From contig CAVZVA010000012.1 in NCBI GenBank assembly GCA_963778655.1, positions 96,001 through 160,000 on the forward strand: a stretch of DNA of 64,000 nt, in the 5' to 3' direction. This document shows positions 1 to 9,653 of this stretch, piece by piece. The translations under genes were made by a program, and so were the position numbers. Below the pieces are notes generated by a model. That model did no database searches and was not told the origin of the DNA. It saw only the letters and a program-made list of their open reading frames with translations. The number at the start of each line of letters is the position of its first letter. Position 1 is the first letter of the stretch. Source of the stretch: an uncultured delta proteobacterium. Its GTDB lineage: Bacteria; Myxococcota_A; Polyangia; Polyangiales; JAFGIB01.

Positions 1-768
1 CCCGAGCGCGATCCAGAAGCAACCGAGCAGGACCGCAAAGAAGAGCCCGGGAAGGGCCGCGCGTAGCAGACGCTGGCGAGGTTGCAGCAACGCGAACAGG
101 CCGAGCGACACCAGCAGAATGCCACTGGTCGCGCGCGCTTCGAACGAGCACCCGACGAAGAAGGCGGCCAATGCGTACAGACCAATCCCGTGAGCGTCGA
201 GGGCACGGCGCTGCGCGCGCAGCGTCAGGTACATGGCCATCCCCGTGTAGAAGGGAATGACCGAGTCGGGCAGCAAGCTGGTGCCGTACCAGATTTCCTG
301 GGGAACGGCCGCGCTCAGTGCAGCGGCAATCCAGCCCGCCCGTTCGCCAGCGAGGTCACGGGCAAACGCGAAGCTCACGACGACTGCCGAGAGCGAGAAG
401 CACAGGCCGAGCAGCTCCAGGCTGAGCTCCGTCCTGCCGAACAGCGCCTGAAACGCGGCCAGCGGGAGCACGATGCTCACGCGGTTTGCGTAGATGTCCG
501 AAATGCCTGTGAGATAGGAGGCCCAACCGAGCTCGTTTGCGTCGAGCGCGGCGTTGACGTAGGCGAAATCATCCTTGAAGGCCAGCCCTTGCCCGTAGCG
601 GAGGCGCAGCAACAGGCAGGCTGCGAGCAGGCCGCAGAACAGCCAGCGGAACGACCTGGAGACCGCGACGGATCCGCCCGGCGCTTCGCGCTGGTCGACC
701 GAAGGGGGAGAGCGCGGCTTCGAGCCGGTGCTCGCTTTCATCCGCGCTTCGCCGATCGCCGAGTCCAT
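1..768 (-). CDS. ArnT/PMT-like GT-C membrane glycosyltransferase, 3' end runs off the window
   Basis: Not in the ORF track. Manual translation from ATG 768 (alternative ATG 741) gives ...FRWLFCGLLAACLLLRLRYGQGLAFKDDFAYV...WIAAALSAAVPQEIWYGTSLLPDSVIPFY..., open to base 1. An acidic DD after the first TM helix and multiple TM helices are typical of GT-C. Confidence 0.7.
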   Translation of the reverse strand, partial: MDSAIGEARMKASTGSKPRSPPSVDQREAPGGSVAVSRSFRWLFCGLLAACLLLRLRYGQGLAFKDDFAYVNAALDANELGWASYLTGISDIYANRVSIVLPLAAFQALFGRTELSLELLGLCFSLSAVVVSFAFARDLAGERAGWIAAALSAAVPQEIWYGTSLLPDSVIPFYTGMAMYLTLRAQRRALDAHGIGLYALAAFFVGCSFEARATSGILLVSLGLFALLQPRQRLLRAALPGLFFAVLLGCFWIALG

Positions 769-890
769 CCGTGTTGTTCGCAGGCACGCCAGAGTGACGG
801 GCCGCGGTGAGGCTACATCACAACGTCGGATCCGGATGCTGAGCGGGCTCGGGGATCGATGTGGATGGCGGTGGCAGCCGGTTCCGCGGC

Positions 891-2701
891 ATGATGGCCG
901 CCGTGAACCGCAGGAGGGCGTTGCTGTTCCTGCTCCTGGTCTGCAGCGCGGCGGGCATCCGGGTGCTGGCGTTGTGGGCCGACCGCGGCGCGCTGCTCTA
1001 TCACAGCGGCGGTCTCGACGCGCCGCAATACCTCGGGATGGCTCGCGGCTTCGCCCGGGGGCAATGGCCGGACGCGCAGCCGTTCTTCTGGGCTCCTGGC
1101 TACCCAGTGTTTCTCGGGCTGTTGGCGCTGGTCTCCGACAGGCTGCTGTGGCTCAAGGCCGTGCAGGTCGGGCTCGGTGCCATGACCAGCGGCCTCGTCG
1201 GCCTGGTCGCATCGCGACTGTTTTGCGACGTGCGCGTAGCGCTGCTGTCGGCGGCGATCGCGGCGCTGTATGGGCCGCTCGTCTACTACGACCTGCAGAT
1301 CTCACCGGCCTCGCTCGACGTCTTCCTGTACTTGCTCTTGCTGGCGTTGCTGCTCGAAGCGCGCAAGCGAGGTCGGCTGTGGTTGTGGCTCGCCGCGGGC
1401 GCCGCGTGCGCCGCGTCGGTCGTGACGAGGGGGGCCGCTCTGCTGTTGTTGCCCTGGGCGCTGCTGTGGATGGGGCGGGACCTGCGCGCGGCTCGGGCGC
1501 GAGGTCTGCGCGCGCAGGCCCTTCCGCCGCTCGCGCTGCTGCTGCCGGTGGCGCTCACGCTGTGCCTGGTCGCGGCTCACAATCATCGCTACGACCGCGC
1601 TCGAGGTGCTGGGCTCGGCGCGTATGCGACGAACGCAGGCGGCGAGATCCTGATCTCCTACAACCTCGGAATCAATTTCCTGCTTGGCAACGTTGCGGAG
1701 CTGTACGCGACAAACCACGTCGAAGACCCGCTGTGCTTCCTCAACTACAAGATGGCCATCTACGAGCCCGTCCTTCACGGAGTGCTCAGGCCGTCGGCGC
1801 AAAGCAGATATCTGTTCGATCGAGGCGCGCGCTTCATCGCCGGCCATCCCGTGCATGGCTCGGCTTGATGGGGACGAAGCTCGCCGAGCTGGCCAGCGGC
1901 AACGAGATCTCGCGCGACTCCAGCATCTACGCCGCGCGGGTCGACAACGCGGTGCTGGCGTGGCTGCTCTGGAAGCGCGGTATCGCCTTTCCATCCGGGC
2001 TCTTGATTCCGCTGGCGCTGCTGGGCCTCGCATTCGCGCCAAGAGATTCGACACGCCACTTCTTGATCCTCGGAGCGCTGGCGAGTCAGGCGCTGTTCGT
2101 GCTCGCGTTCTTCGTCACGACCCGCTACCGGCTGACGTTGTGGACCTCCGCGATCCCATATGCGGCCTACGCCCTTGTCGCCGCACCGGCAGCGCTGCGC
2201 GCTTGGGATCGGCCCCGCGTGTTGGGTGCAATCGCCCTGGCGCTCGTCCTGGCTGCGTTTTGCAACTACCGCGTGGGCAAGATGCCGTTGCGGCACCTCG
2301 CCTTCGAGCACGACCACCTGGGTTCCGTGCTCGACCGCGAGGGCAAGCACGACCAGGCCGCGGAGCAGTGGCGCTCCGCGGTAGCCCTCGACCCGCGCTA
2401 CGCGTCGGCGCACTTCCAGCTCGCCAAATACTACGCCCGGCGGAAGGCTCTGGCCGGCGCTGCGTCTCACTACGACCAGGGGCTGCGTGCGGCGCCGACG
2501 GCATTCGCCGCGCGCGTGGAATACGCCAAGCTCCTGGTCCGACAGGCGCGCTCGAGCGAAGCGGCCGATCAAATCCGGCGAGTGCTTGCTCGACTTCCGA
2601 GCTCGCTGACCCGCTACACGGTGTGTGCATTCGCCGCGCGCGCGCGGCTGAACGTACGGTCGGAGTGCCCACGGCCGGGTGCGTCCGATCGCGGCCCATG
2701 A
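891..2701 (+). pseudogene. GT-C (PMT_2-like) membrane glycosyltransferase with C-terminal TPR repeats, frameshifted near 1851 (true lesion or sequencing error)
   Basis: N-terminal half lies in ORF 861..1868 (LDAPQY, FFWAPGYPVFL, TM helices). C-terminal half lies in the frame of ORF 728..2701 (AWLGLMGTKL...FFVTTRYRL...TPR: HDQAAEQWRSAVALDPRYASAHFQLA). One inserted base at CCC-GT-GCA-TGG joins them. Confidence 0.75.
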
Positions 2702-3074
2702 GCATCCAACGCGCGGCCGGCAGGCGCCGGAGCGTCGAGCGGGAGTTCGCGATCACGCGTCGCGCCGGGCGTCGATGTCGCCCTTGGCTCACCGCGTTCT
2801 TGGCTTGTCGCCCGTCGTTTATTGGCAAAAGTTGGGCGCCAGATTGTCGCGATACTGTCGTTGAACAAATGACGGCGCGGCCCACCAAATGACTGGCATG
2901 CCAGGTGTATTCCGCGGCTCCGCGGACAAGTTGCGCGCCTCCACGGGCGAGTCGCAGCGTGCTGCAATCGCCACAGCTCGCATTGACGGCTAGGCATGTC
3001 GAGGGCTATGGAAAGGGAGTGGGTAACCCTCCGACATCGGATAGGGTTCGAGGTGAAACGGAGGAACAAACAAC

Positions 3075-4250
3075 ATGTTCGATTCGGGTGTTCGGGGTGT
3101 GTTTTTGAAGGGATCGTCGTATGCGGCGATAGCAGCGCTGGTGGTGCTCTCGGGCGTGGCCTGTAGTGCCTCCAACAGCAACAACAAAGGCGGTGGTACT
3201 GGCGGCGCCGGCATGAATGCCGTCAATGGTGCGATCGGCACCGGCGGCGCGTCCGTCGGAGCGACTGGAGGTACTGCCGCCCCCAGTCCAAGCCAGGGAG
3301 GGGCGACGACCTCCACGGGCGGCACGGCTGCACCCACGGGCGGTGGCGGCGCAACCGCGCCCATGTCCACGGGCGCTACGGGCGGTACGGGCGGCATGGG
3401 CGCGGCAGGTGCGACCAGCTCCGGGGATGCCGGAATGGGCGCTGCCGGAAGCGCCGGCGGAGGCGGTGGTACGCCTCCCGTGAGCGCGGGCTGTCTGGAC
3501 GGCATCACGGACTACGGAAGCGATGGTCCGTTCTCCGTTCAGACCATGACAATGGGCCTTATCAACTTCTGGGTGCCGATGGTGCCCTCGGGTTGCAAGG
3601 TTCCCGTCATTCACCTGGCCAATGGCACCGGCGCCAACTGCGCCGTCTACGCCGAGGCGCTCAACCGCTTGGCCACGCACGGCTTCCTGGCGTGCTGCTA
3701 CGAGGACCCGAACACCGGTGCCGGCGATCAGGGCCTGATGGCCCTCGACACCGCGCTCTCGATGTTTCCTGATCTCGCCGACATGAAGTTCGGCTCCACG
3801 GGCCACTCTCAGGGCGGTCAGGCGGCCTTCACGGTTCTCGCGCTCGCCGAGCAGAAGTACGGCGACAAGATGATCTACGCGGGGCTCGCGATGGAGCCCG
3901 CGAGCGGCTTCGGCACGCAGCCGACCAGTGCCACCTGGCAGCAGCTGTACATGGGGATCAAGTCGCCGATGTTCATGTTCAGCGGCTTGGGCACCGACGG
4001 CCTGGTTTCGCAGGCTTGGGTGCAGCAAGCCTACGATGCGACCAGTCCGACCGAAGAGGCCTACTTCTGGACGGCGAGCGGAGCCACGCACATTCCCGTG
4101 CCCAACGGCGAGGAAGAAGAGATCTCGGTTCCGTGGTTCCGCTGGAAGCTGCTGGGTGATCAGAAGGCGTGCGAGTTCTTCAAGGCGATCCCGATGACCG
4201 ACACCAAGTGGGCTCAGGTCGCGTCGAAGAACGAGCAGCCCTGCATGTAG
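3075..4250 (+). CDS. Lipoprotein alpha/beta hydrolase (cutinase/PETase/chlorophyllase-like fold) with Gly/Thr-rich linker
   Basis: GGAGG RBS, lipobox GVAC, long G/T/A linker, LATHGF motif, nucleophile GHSQGG, candidate Asp (TDGLV) and His (ATHIP). Confidence 0.8.
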   Translation: MFDSGVRGVFLKGSSYAAIAALVVLSGVACSASNSNNKGGGTGGAGMNAVNGAIGTGGASVGATGGTAAPSPSQGGATTSTGGTAAPTGGGGATAPMSTGATGGTGGMGAAGATSSGDAGMGAAGSAGGGGGTPPVSAGCLDGITDYGSDGPFSVQTMTMGLINFWVPMVPSGCKVPVIHLANGTGANCAVYAEALNRLATHGFLACCYEDPNTGAGDQGLMALDTALSMFPDLADMKFGSTGHSQGGQAAFTVLALAEQKYGDKMIYAGLAMEPASGFGTQPTSATWQQLYMGIKSPMFMFSGLGTDGLVSQAWVQQAYDATSPTEEAYFWTASGATHIPVPNGEEEEISVPWFRWKLLGDQKACEFFKAIPMTDTKWAQVASKNEQPCM

Positions 4251-4258
4251 CGCCGCGC

Positions 4259-4294
4259 GGCTCGGGACCCGGGTGCCGTGCCCGGGCCCGAGCC
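4259..4294 (+). terminator. GC-rich hairpin just after the hydrolase stop codon, possible terminator
   Basis: GGCTCGGG-A-CCCGGG / CCCGGG-CCCGAGCC stem followed only by TTGT (weak U tract). Confidence 0.4.
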
Positions 4295-4790
4295 TTGTCG
4301 GGCGATGTCGTACCGCCCCAGCGAGCGAGGCCGTTCCGGCCTGCTCGGTGCTCTAAATGACCGATCACGGGTCGGGAACGGCCATGCCGATCGGTCATTT
4401 AGCGGTGCGACGGATGCGGCACCACCGCGAGAGGGTGAATGCGCGAGGGCTTTGCCTCGCGCACAGGGAGTCGGCGCGACTCCCTGGCAATCAAAGGAGA
4501 AATCAGAGTTTGTGATTCGATCCCGAATCGCGAGCTCTGATTTGGCGCTACTGCTCCCCTTCTCTCGTAGGTGGATTTCTGCGCGCGACGGGCGCGGGCG
4601 CCACGGCTTCTCGGGCTTCGCCCTGCGATGCCGGCGTAACTGTAGGAATGCTCCACGTATTTCACTGGAGCGCAACACCGCGAGCGGCCTCGTCCCGCGT
4701 GGACAGGCGACCGCGATGGGCACAACCGCCGCCGGCGGGTGTGCCTGCGTTCGCAACGGTCGGGGTACATGCCTACTCGGAGGAACGAGC

Positions 4791-5423
4791 ATGACCCAGG
4801 ATGCATTGCGCTGGAGCAAGGGGCGAGGCCCGTGGGCCCTGTGTCCGTGCCGCGCCGGCTTTGCGCTGGCCTCGGCCTTGTTGTTGATGTGTGTGTCGGC
4901 GTGCAGTGCCGGTGGCTCCCCGACGATCATCACTCCCGGGGGTGGCGGCGGCAGCGCGGGAGCGCCCGGAACCTCGAGCTCGCTTGCGGCCAGCGCTTCG
5001 GACTTTGCCACGGCGTCGGTGTGCTCGAGCGACGCGCACTGGACACGCGGCGATCGGGAATCGCCGCTGATGCACCCCGGCGGTACCTGCATTTCTTGCC
5101 ACTCGAGCGGCGAAGGTCCGGCGTTTTCGATCGCGGGCACCGTGTACCCGACGGGGCACGAGCCGAACGACTGCAACGGCGTAGACGGTGCAGGCGACGT
5201 GCAGGTGGTCATCACCGACGCCGCGGGCAGCGTGCTCACGCTCGACGTCAACGCCGCCGGCAACTTCTCTTCCAACAGTCGCATCGCGATGCCCTTCCAC
5301 GCGAAGGTCGTGACCATGGGCCAGGAACGCGCGATGGCCGCCGCCCAGACGACCGGCGACTGCAATGGCTGCCACACCGAGGGCGGCGCGAACGGCGCAC
5401 CGGGTCGCATCATGCTGCCGTGA
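4791..5423 (+). CDS. Putative diheme c-type cytochrome lipoprotein
   Basis: GGAGG RBS before ATG 4791, hydrophobic signal with VSAC lipobox, two CxxCH motifs (CISCH, CNGCH). Confidence 0.75.
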   Translation: MTQDALRWSKGRGPWALCPCRAGFALASALLLMCVSACSAGGSPTIITPGGGGGSAGAPGTSSSLAASASDFATASVCSSDAHWTRGDRESPLMHPGGTCISCHSSGEGPAFSIAGTVYPTGHEPNDCNGVDGAGDVQVVITDAAGSVLTLDVNAAGNFSSNSRIAMPFHAKVVTMGQERAMAAAQTTGDCNGCHTEGGANGAPGRIMLP

Positions 5424-5519
5424 GGCAGATGGGACGGCTGGCCCGGTGTCGCGAGCGCGCCAGGCCGATCGATTGTCGCGCGATCGGCGCCGCCGGCGAA
5501 GGGCGCGGTGACTACGCGC

Positions 5520-7187
5520 TCACTTCGGCGGTTGCCAGCCGCCGAGCACCATGGTCGGATCGCGCAGCGCGGCCGCCTGCGAGGCGTTGATCTGGCTCGA
5601 GCCCGCGATGCGCTGGCTGGTGTCGAGCCGATTGCCGCTCAGATCCGTGCTCTGGTACTCCCAGAAGCGCAGCGAGGACGACGCGAACCCGCCGGTGATG
5701 GTCCAGCCCGCGGGGGAGATGTGGCTGCCCATCTGGCAGTTGACGTAGGCCACCTGGCTTCCGGGGTAGACGCTGGCGTCGATGCGGCCGAGCGTGCTGC
5801 CGGTGATGCCCGGGTCGCTGGTCAGCTTGGAATCGACGAATACGTAGCCGTAGGCGCCGGCCGCGTTGCGCGCCTGCACGTTGTAGCCGGAGCGCACCAC
5901 GGTCTTGATCTCGCAGCTGTCGAAGTACGCCGCGCCCGTGCCCCAGATGAAATCGACGTTGCCTTCGATGTAGCAGTTCTTGGCGTAGAGGCGGCCGCTC
6001 CACAGCAAGGTGTCCTGCAGGCTCAAGATGTCGGCGTCGCGCACCACGCACTGATCGCAGGTCTGCAGTCGCAACGCCTCGGCCTGCGAGCCGCCCTGCG
6101 GCGTGAGGTTGTGGATGGTCATGTTCTCGATCAGCAGGCCGCTGCTTGCGTCGACGCCCACCAGCGAGCGCGTGGCGGTGCTCGGGTTCAGGTTGTTGTT
6201 GTTCGTGCCCTCGATGATCGTGGCTCTGCGGTCGGCGCCGCGCAGGGTCACGTTGTTCTTGTGCGAGAGGTGGATCACCTCGTGATAGGTGCCGCGCGCG
6301 AGCTCGATCACCGCCGGCGCGGTGTTATTGGCGGGCAAGGCGTCGAGCGCACCCTGCACCGAGCAGAAGTCACCCGAGCCGTCGAGCGCCACCGACAGCG
6401 AGCCGAGGTTCGCGGGCGGCGCGGCGGCGGTGGTGAAACGCCAGCTGCTCGCGCCGCTGACCGCGAACGGCGTGGTGGTGGGACCCGTGACCGCGCCCGC
6501 GTCGACGGTCACGTAGTAGCTGTGGCCGTAGCCGAGCGCGTGCGACGGCAAGTAGATCACCGCGTCGTTGCCATCGACGTAGGCCGGCCGCGTCAAGTTG
6601 AAGCTGGTGCCGCCGATAGTGTCGCTGAAGCTCGACTTGGCCAGGTCGACCACCGCAATCGCGGCCGCGCCCGCCATCGCGTCGAACACCTGGATCTTGC
6701 CCGCGTTGCCGATCTGGGGTGGGCCCGAGAAACGGATGCGCAGCGGCGGATCCGGGCACACCCCCTGCGCGTCGGGCGCGGGGAACAGCAGGTATCCGCC
6801 GGGAGGCGCGCTGGGTTGGCCGGCGTCGGCAGCACCCGCATCACTGCCGCCCGCGTCGGGCGCAGGGGTCGCGCCGGCATCGGACGCAGAGCCTGCGGCA
6901 CCCGCGCCCCCGCCCCCGCCCGTGCCACCTGCGCCACCCGCACCGGGCACCGCGCCGCCCGCGCCGCCCATGCCCGGCGATGGTCCCGCGTTGCCGCCTG
7001 TCGCGCCGCCCCCCGTGCCTCCTGGCCCGCCCGTGCCGTTGGGTGCTCCGGTCACCAGCGTGCCGCCCGTGCCCGGCGCGCCCGCCGCCGCCTGTTGGGG
7101 CTGCCCGGACGTGCTGCAAGCAGCTGCCAGCCCGACGGCCAGTAGCGCGAGCGGGAGGGCGGGCGTGGTGCGAAAGTCGATGCCCAT
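5520..7187 (-). CDS. Pectinesterase (CE8) lipoprotein with Ig-like domain and Gly-rich linker
   Basis: Lipobox AAAC; CE8 motifs GTYHE, QAEAL, QDTLL, IEGNVDFIWG, LGR. Confidence 0.85.
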   Translation of the reverse strand: MGIDFRTTPALPLALLAVGLAAACSTSGQPQQAAAGAPGTGGTLVTGAPNGTGGPGGTGGGATGGNAGPSPGMGGAGGAVPGAGGAGGTGGGGGAGAAGSASDAGATPAPDAGGSDAGAADAGQPSAPPGGYLLFPAPDAQGVCPDPPLRIRFSGPPQIGNAGKIQVFDAMAGAAAIAVVDLAKSSFSDTIGGTSFNLTRPAYVDGNDAVIYLPSHALGYGHSYYVTVDAGAVTGPTTTPFAVSGASSWRFTTAAAPPANLGSLSVALDGSGDFCSVQGALDALPANNTAPAVIELARGTYHEVIHLSHKNNVTLRGADRRATIIEGTNNNNLNPSTATRSLVGVDASSGLLIENMTIHNLTPQGGSQAEALRLQTCDQCVVRDADILSLQDTLLWSGRLYAKNCYIEGNVDFIWGTGAAYFDSCEIKTVVRSGYNVQARNAAGAYGYVFVDSKLTSDPGITGSTLGRIDASVYPGSQVAYVNCQMGSHISPAGWTITGGFASSSLRFWEYQSTDLSGNRLDTSQRIAGSSQINASQAAALRDPTMVLGGWQPPK

Positions 7188-7291
7188 GTGTTGGCGGCGG
7201 TGGTCTCGAGGTGGTGCGGCGTGGGCGCCGCGTCGGGTCATGCGCGGGCGCCCCCGGCTGGCGTGAAGCTGGAGCTTGACCAGGCGCGGCA

Positions 7292-8305
7292 TCAGCCTGG
7301 GCGGACCCGCCTGCGATAGGCCGCGGGGGTTTCGCCGGTCCAGCGGCGGAAGGCGCGGGCGAAGTTCGGCAGCGTCGAGTAGTCGAGCTCCTGTGCGACC
7401 TGCTCGAGCGAGCGTGCCGAGCGCAGCAGCTCGAGCGCGCGTGCGCGGCGCTCCTTGTCGAGCAGCCCCGAGAACGTGACGCCCTGCGCCGCGAGCCTGC
7501 GTTTGAGCGTGCGCGTCGACAGATGCAGCGCGCGTGCGACCTCGTCGATGCTCGGCACGCCTTCGCCCGCGCCGATCATGCGGCTCACGCGCGCGGGCAG
7601 ACCGTGGTCGAAGCCGAGCTCCACCAGCTGCCGCTCGCAGGCCTCGCGTGCCAGGCGCAGCGCCGCGCGATCGGGCGCGACCAGCGGCAGCTCGAGCGCG
7701 CGGGCGGAGAAGCGCACGCAGGTTCCGGGCTGGCCGAAGCAGGCGTTGGGCAGCAGGTGCGCGAAGCGGTCGAAGTAATCGGGCTTGGGCAGCGCGAGGT
7801 CGGTCGAGACGCCCCTGGCCTCGCGGGCCGTAAGCGCGCTCGAGATCTGGCGCATCCCGACCAGCAGCGAGATCAACCCGATGTCGTGCGCGCTGCCGAG
7901 GTCGACGTGCTCTTCGATCGCGAGCGCCGCGCTGCCGCCGGTGACGCGCAGCTCCAGGCTGAGCCCAGTGGTGATGGCCGAGGTGTAGCGCACGGCCAGC
8001 TCGATGCCTTCGCGTACGGTGGCCGCGCTCATCGCGGCAAAGCCGAGGTAGCCGTACATGGAGAGCCGCTTCTGCATCCCGAGGTAGAAGCCGATGCCGG
8101 GCTCGGCGGTGAGCGTGCGGGCGCGCTCGCTCAGCGCGGTCAGGGTTTGCACCGAGATGCGCGCCTGCGGCGCTTCGAGCTCGGCTTCGCTCAGCCCGAG
8201 CTCGCCCAGCAGCTCCTGGGGCTCGATTCCCCAGCGTGCGACCAGGGTGACGAGCTGCAGCGCGTGAGAGCCGGGAAAGCTATGGGTGGTCGGGGCGGAC
8301 GTCAC
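7292..8305 (-). CDS. AraC-family transcriptional regulator
   Basis: N-terminal ligand domain (YGYLGFAAMSAATV) and C-terminal HTH (VARALHLSTRTLKRRL...LDYSTLPNFARAFRRWTGETPAAYR). Start uncertain (GTG 8305 or TTG 8332). Confidence 0.9.
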   Translation of the reverse strand: MTSAPTTHSFPGSHALQLVTLVARWGIEPQELLGELGLSEAELEAPQARISVQTLTALSERARTLTAEPGIGFYLGMQKRLSMYGYLGFAAMSAATVREGIELAVRYTSAITTGLSLELRVTGGSAALAIEEHVDLGSAHDIGLISLLVGMRQISSALTAREARGVSTDLALPKPDYFDRFAHLLPNACFGQPGTCVRFSARALELPLVAPDRAALRLAREACERQLVELGFDHGLPARVSRMIGAGEGVPSIDEVARALHLSTRTLKRRLAAQGVTFSGLLDKERRARALELLRSARSLEQVAQELDYSTLPNFARAFRRWTGETPAAYRRRVRPG

Positions 8306-8380
8306 GGTTGGCGCCCCACACGCTACCAGCAATCGAACCCCCGCGCAGGACGTGCCGCCTCGCCCCGTCCGCGCGCCTGC

Positions 8381-9517
8381 TCACAGGTTCTTCTGCTGCA
8401 CCTTCCACGCAGAATCGCTGCAGTAGGTGCAGCTATCGCCCACGAACATCGCCTTTAGCGTGGTGTCTCCCATCAGCTGGTAGCGCAGCCAGGCCGTGGT
8501 CATCGCGCCGATCTGCTCGGCATAGGGCGAGGTCAGGATGCCGAGGTGACCGTAGGAGAAGTTGGCGTAGAACACGGACGTGGTGGCGTTTGCGAAGTCG
8601 GTGTCGCAGTTGGCGGCGGCGATGTCACAATCGGTGCTGAGGATGTTGCAGCTGTCGTCGCCGGGAATGCCGCAGATGAACGCCGCCGGCGCGCGCAGGT
8701 TGTCGATGCGCGTGGGGTCCATGTTGCCGCCCGAGATGTGCACGGTGGTGGTGAGTCGGGGATCGGACGCGATCGTGAAAGTGGCCAGGCTACCCATCGA
8801 GTAGCCGACCGAGGCGATCTTGGTCGTGTCCAGCTTGTCGAACAGCGGGCTATCGGCGCGCGCGTTTTCGGCGATCGCCCAGTCGATGCCGTCGATGATC
8901 TCCTGGCCGAGCGCGACCTCGTCGCCGATTCCCGGCACCGTGTTCGACGCCACCACCACGAAGCCGTGCGTGGCCAGGTGCGGCAACAGGTCGTAGAAGC
9001 TCGGCGCGGTCGAGCCCCCGCTCATCCAGCCGACAATCGGGTTCTTGGCGCCGTTGGGCGCCAGCTCGGTGGGCACGTACACCGTGTAGTTGGAGCTCGG
9101 CCCCACGTTGTCCATGGTCGTGGCGGTGTACGGGCCGTCGCCCGCGAAGTCGCTCACCGGCGGAAAAGGTCCCGGCGAGGGACCGGCGCCGGCGTCGCTG
9201 CCGGCTCCGGTTCCCCCGCCGTCAGCGCGGGTTCCCACCTCCGCGTCCGGGCTCGACGCGACCGCGCCGTCTTGGCCGCCTGCTGCGGAGCTGCTGCCAG
9301 CGTCGGGCCGCGCGCCTGCGCCTGCAGCGCCGCTCGCAGCATGGCCCGCGCCTCCGCCGGGCGCCGGTGCGGCCGCGCCGCCCCCGTCCGGCGCTGCACC
9401 TGCGCCTGCGGCCGGCGACGCGCCCGGCTCGGTGCTCGCGGGCGCGCGGCAACCGAGCGACGCGAACAGCGCGAACAGTGCGATCGACAGCCAACGACCC
9501 AGGTCACGAGGTTGCAT
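8381..9517 (-). CDS. Lipoprotein alpha/beta hydrolase (cutinase/PETase/chlorophyllase-like), paralogue of 3075..4250
   Basis: Lipobox SLGC, Ala/Gly linker, GPY, LATHGFVVVA, nucleophile GYSMGS, C-terminal TTAWLRYQLMGD. Confidence 0.8.
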   Translation of the reverse strand: MQPRDLGRWLSIALFALFASLGCRAPASTEPGASPAAGAGAAPDGGGAAAPAPGGGAGHAASGAAGAGARPDAGSSSAAGGQDGAVASSPDAEVGTRADGGGTGAGSDAGAGPSPGPFPPVSDFAGDGPYTATTMDNVGPSSNYTVYVPTELAPNGAKNPIVGWMSGGSTAPSFYDLLPHLATHGFVVVASNTVPGIGDEVALGQEIIDGIDWAIAENARADSPLFDKLDTTKIASVGYSMGSLATFTIASDPRLTTTVHISGGNMDPTRIDNLRAPAAFICGIPGDDSCNILSTDCDIAAANCDTDFANATTSVFYANFSYGHLGILTSPYAEQIGAMTTAWLRYQLMGDTTLKAMFVGDSCTYCSDSAWKVQQKNL

Positions 9518-9653
9518 GCGGCGAACCTGCAGGCAGACCGCGCGACGCGCCAGCTCAGGGCGTGCCAAACGTGGTCCACTTGGGGCCACGTTTCTCCGCA
9601 GTCGCCGGCGGTGACGGCCCGGCGCGAGGCGCGGACGGTGTCCAGCCGCTGCG

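Noticed and set aside
3190..3480. Gly-rich low-complexity tracts as DNA repeats or a CRISPR array
   Set aside because: They are coding linkers with no regular repeat-spacer period; no cas genes were seen.
4440..4490. Possible c-di-GMP-I riboswitch (GCAAAGCC on the minus strand)
   Set aside because: No GNRA-capped P2 or receptor arrangement; the motif sits in a simple hairpin loop.
4625..4700. Possible cobalamin riboswitch (GTAACTGTAG, CACTG)
   Set aside because: The conserved AGGGAA, GGGAAG and B12-box segments are absent.
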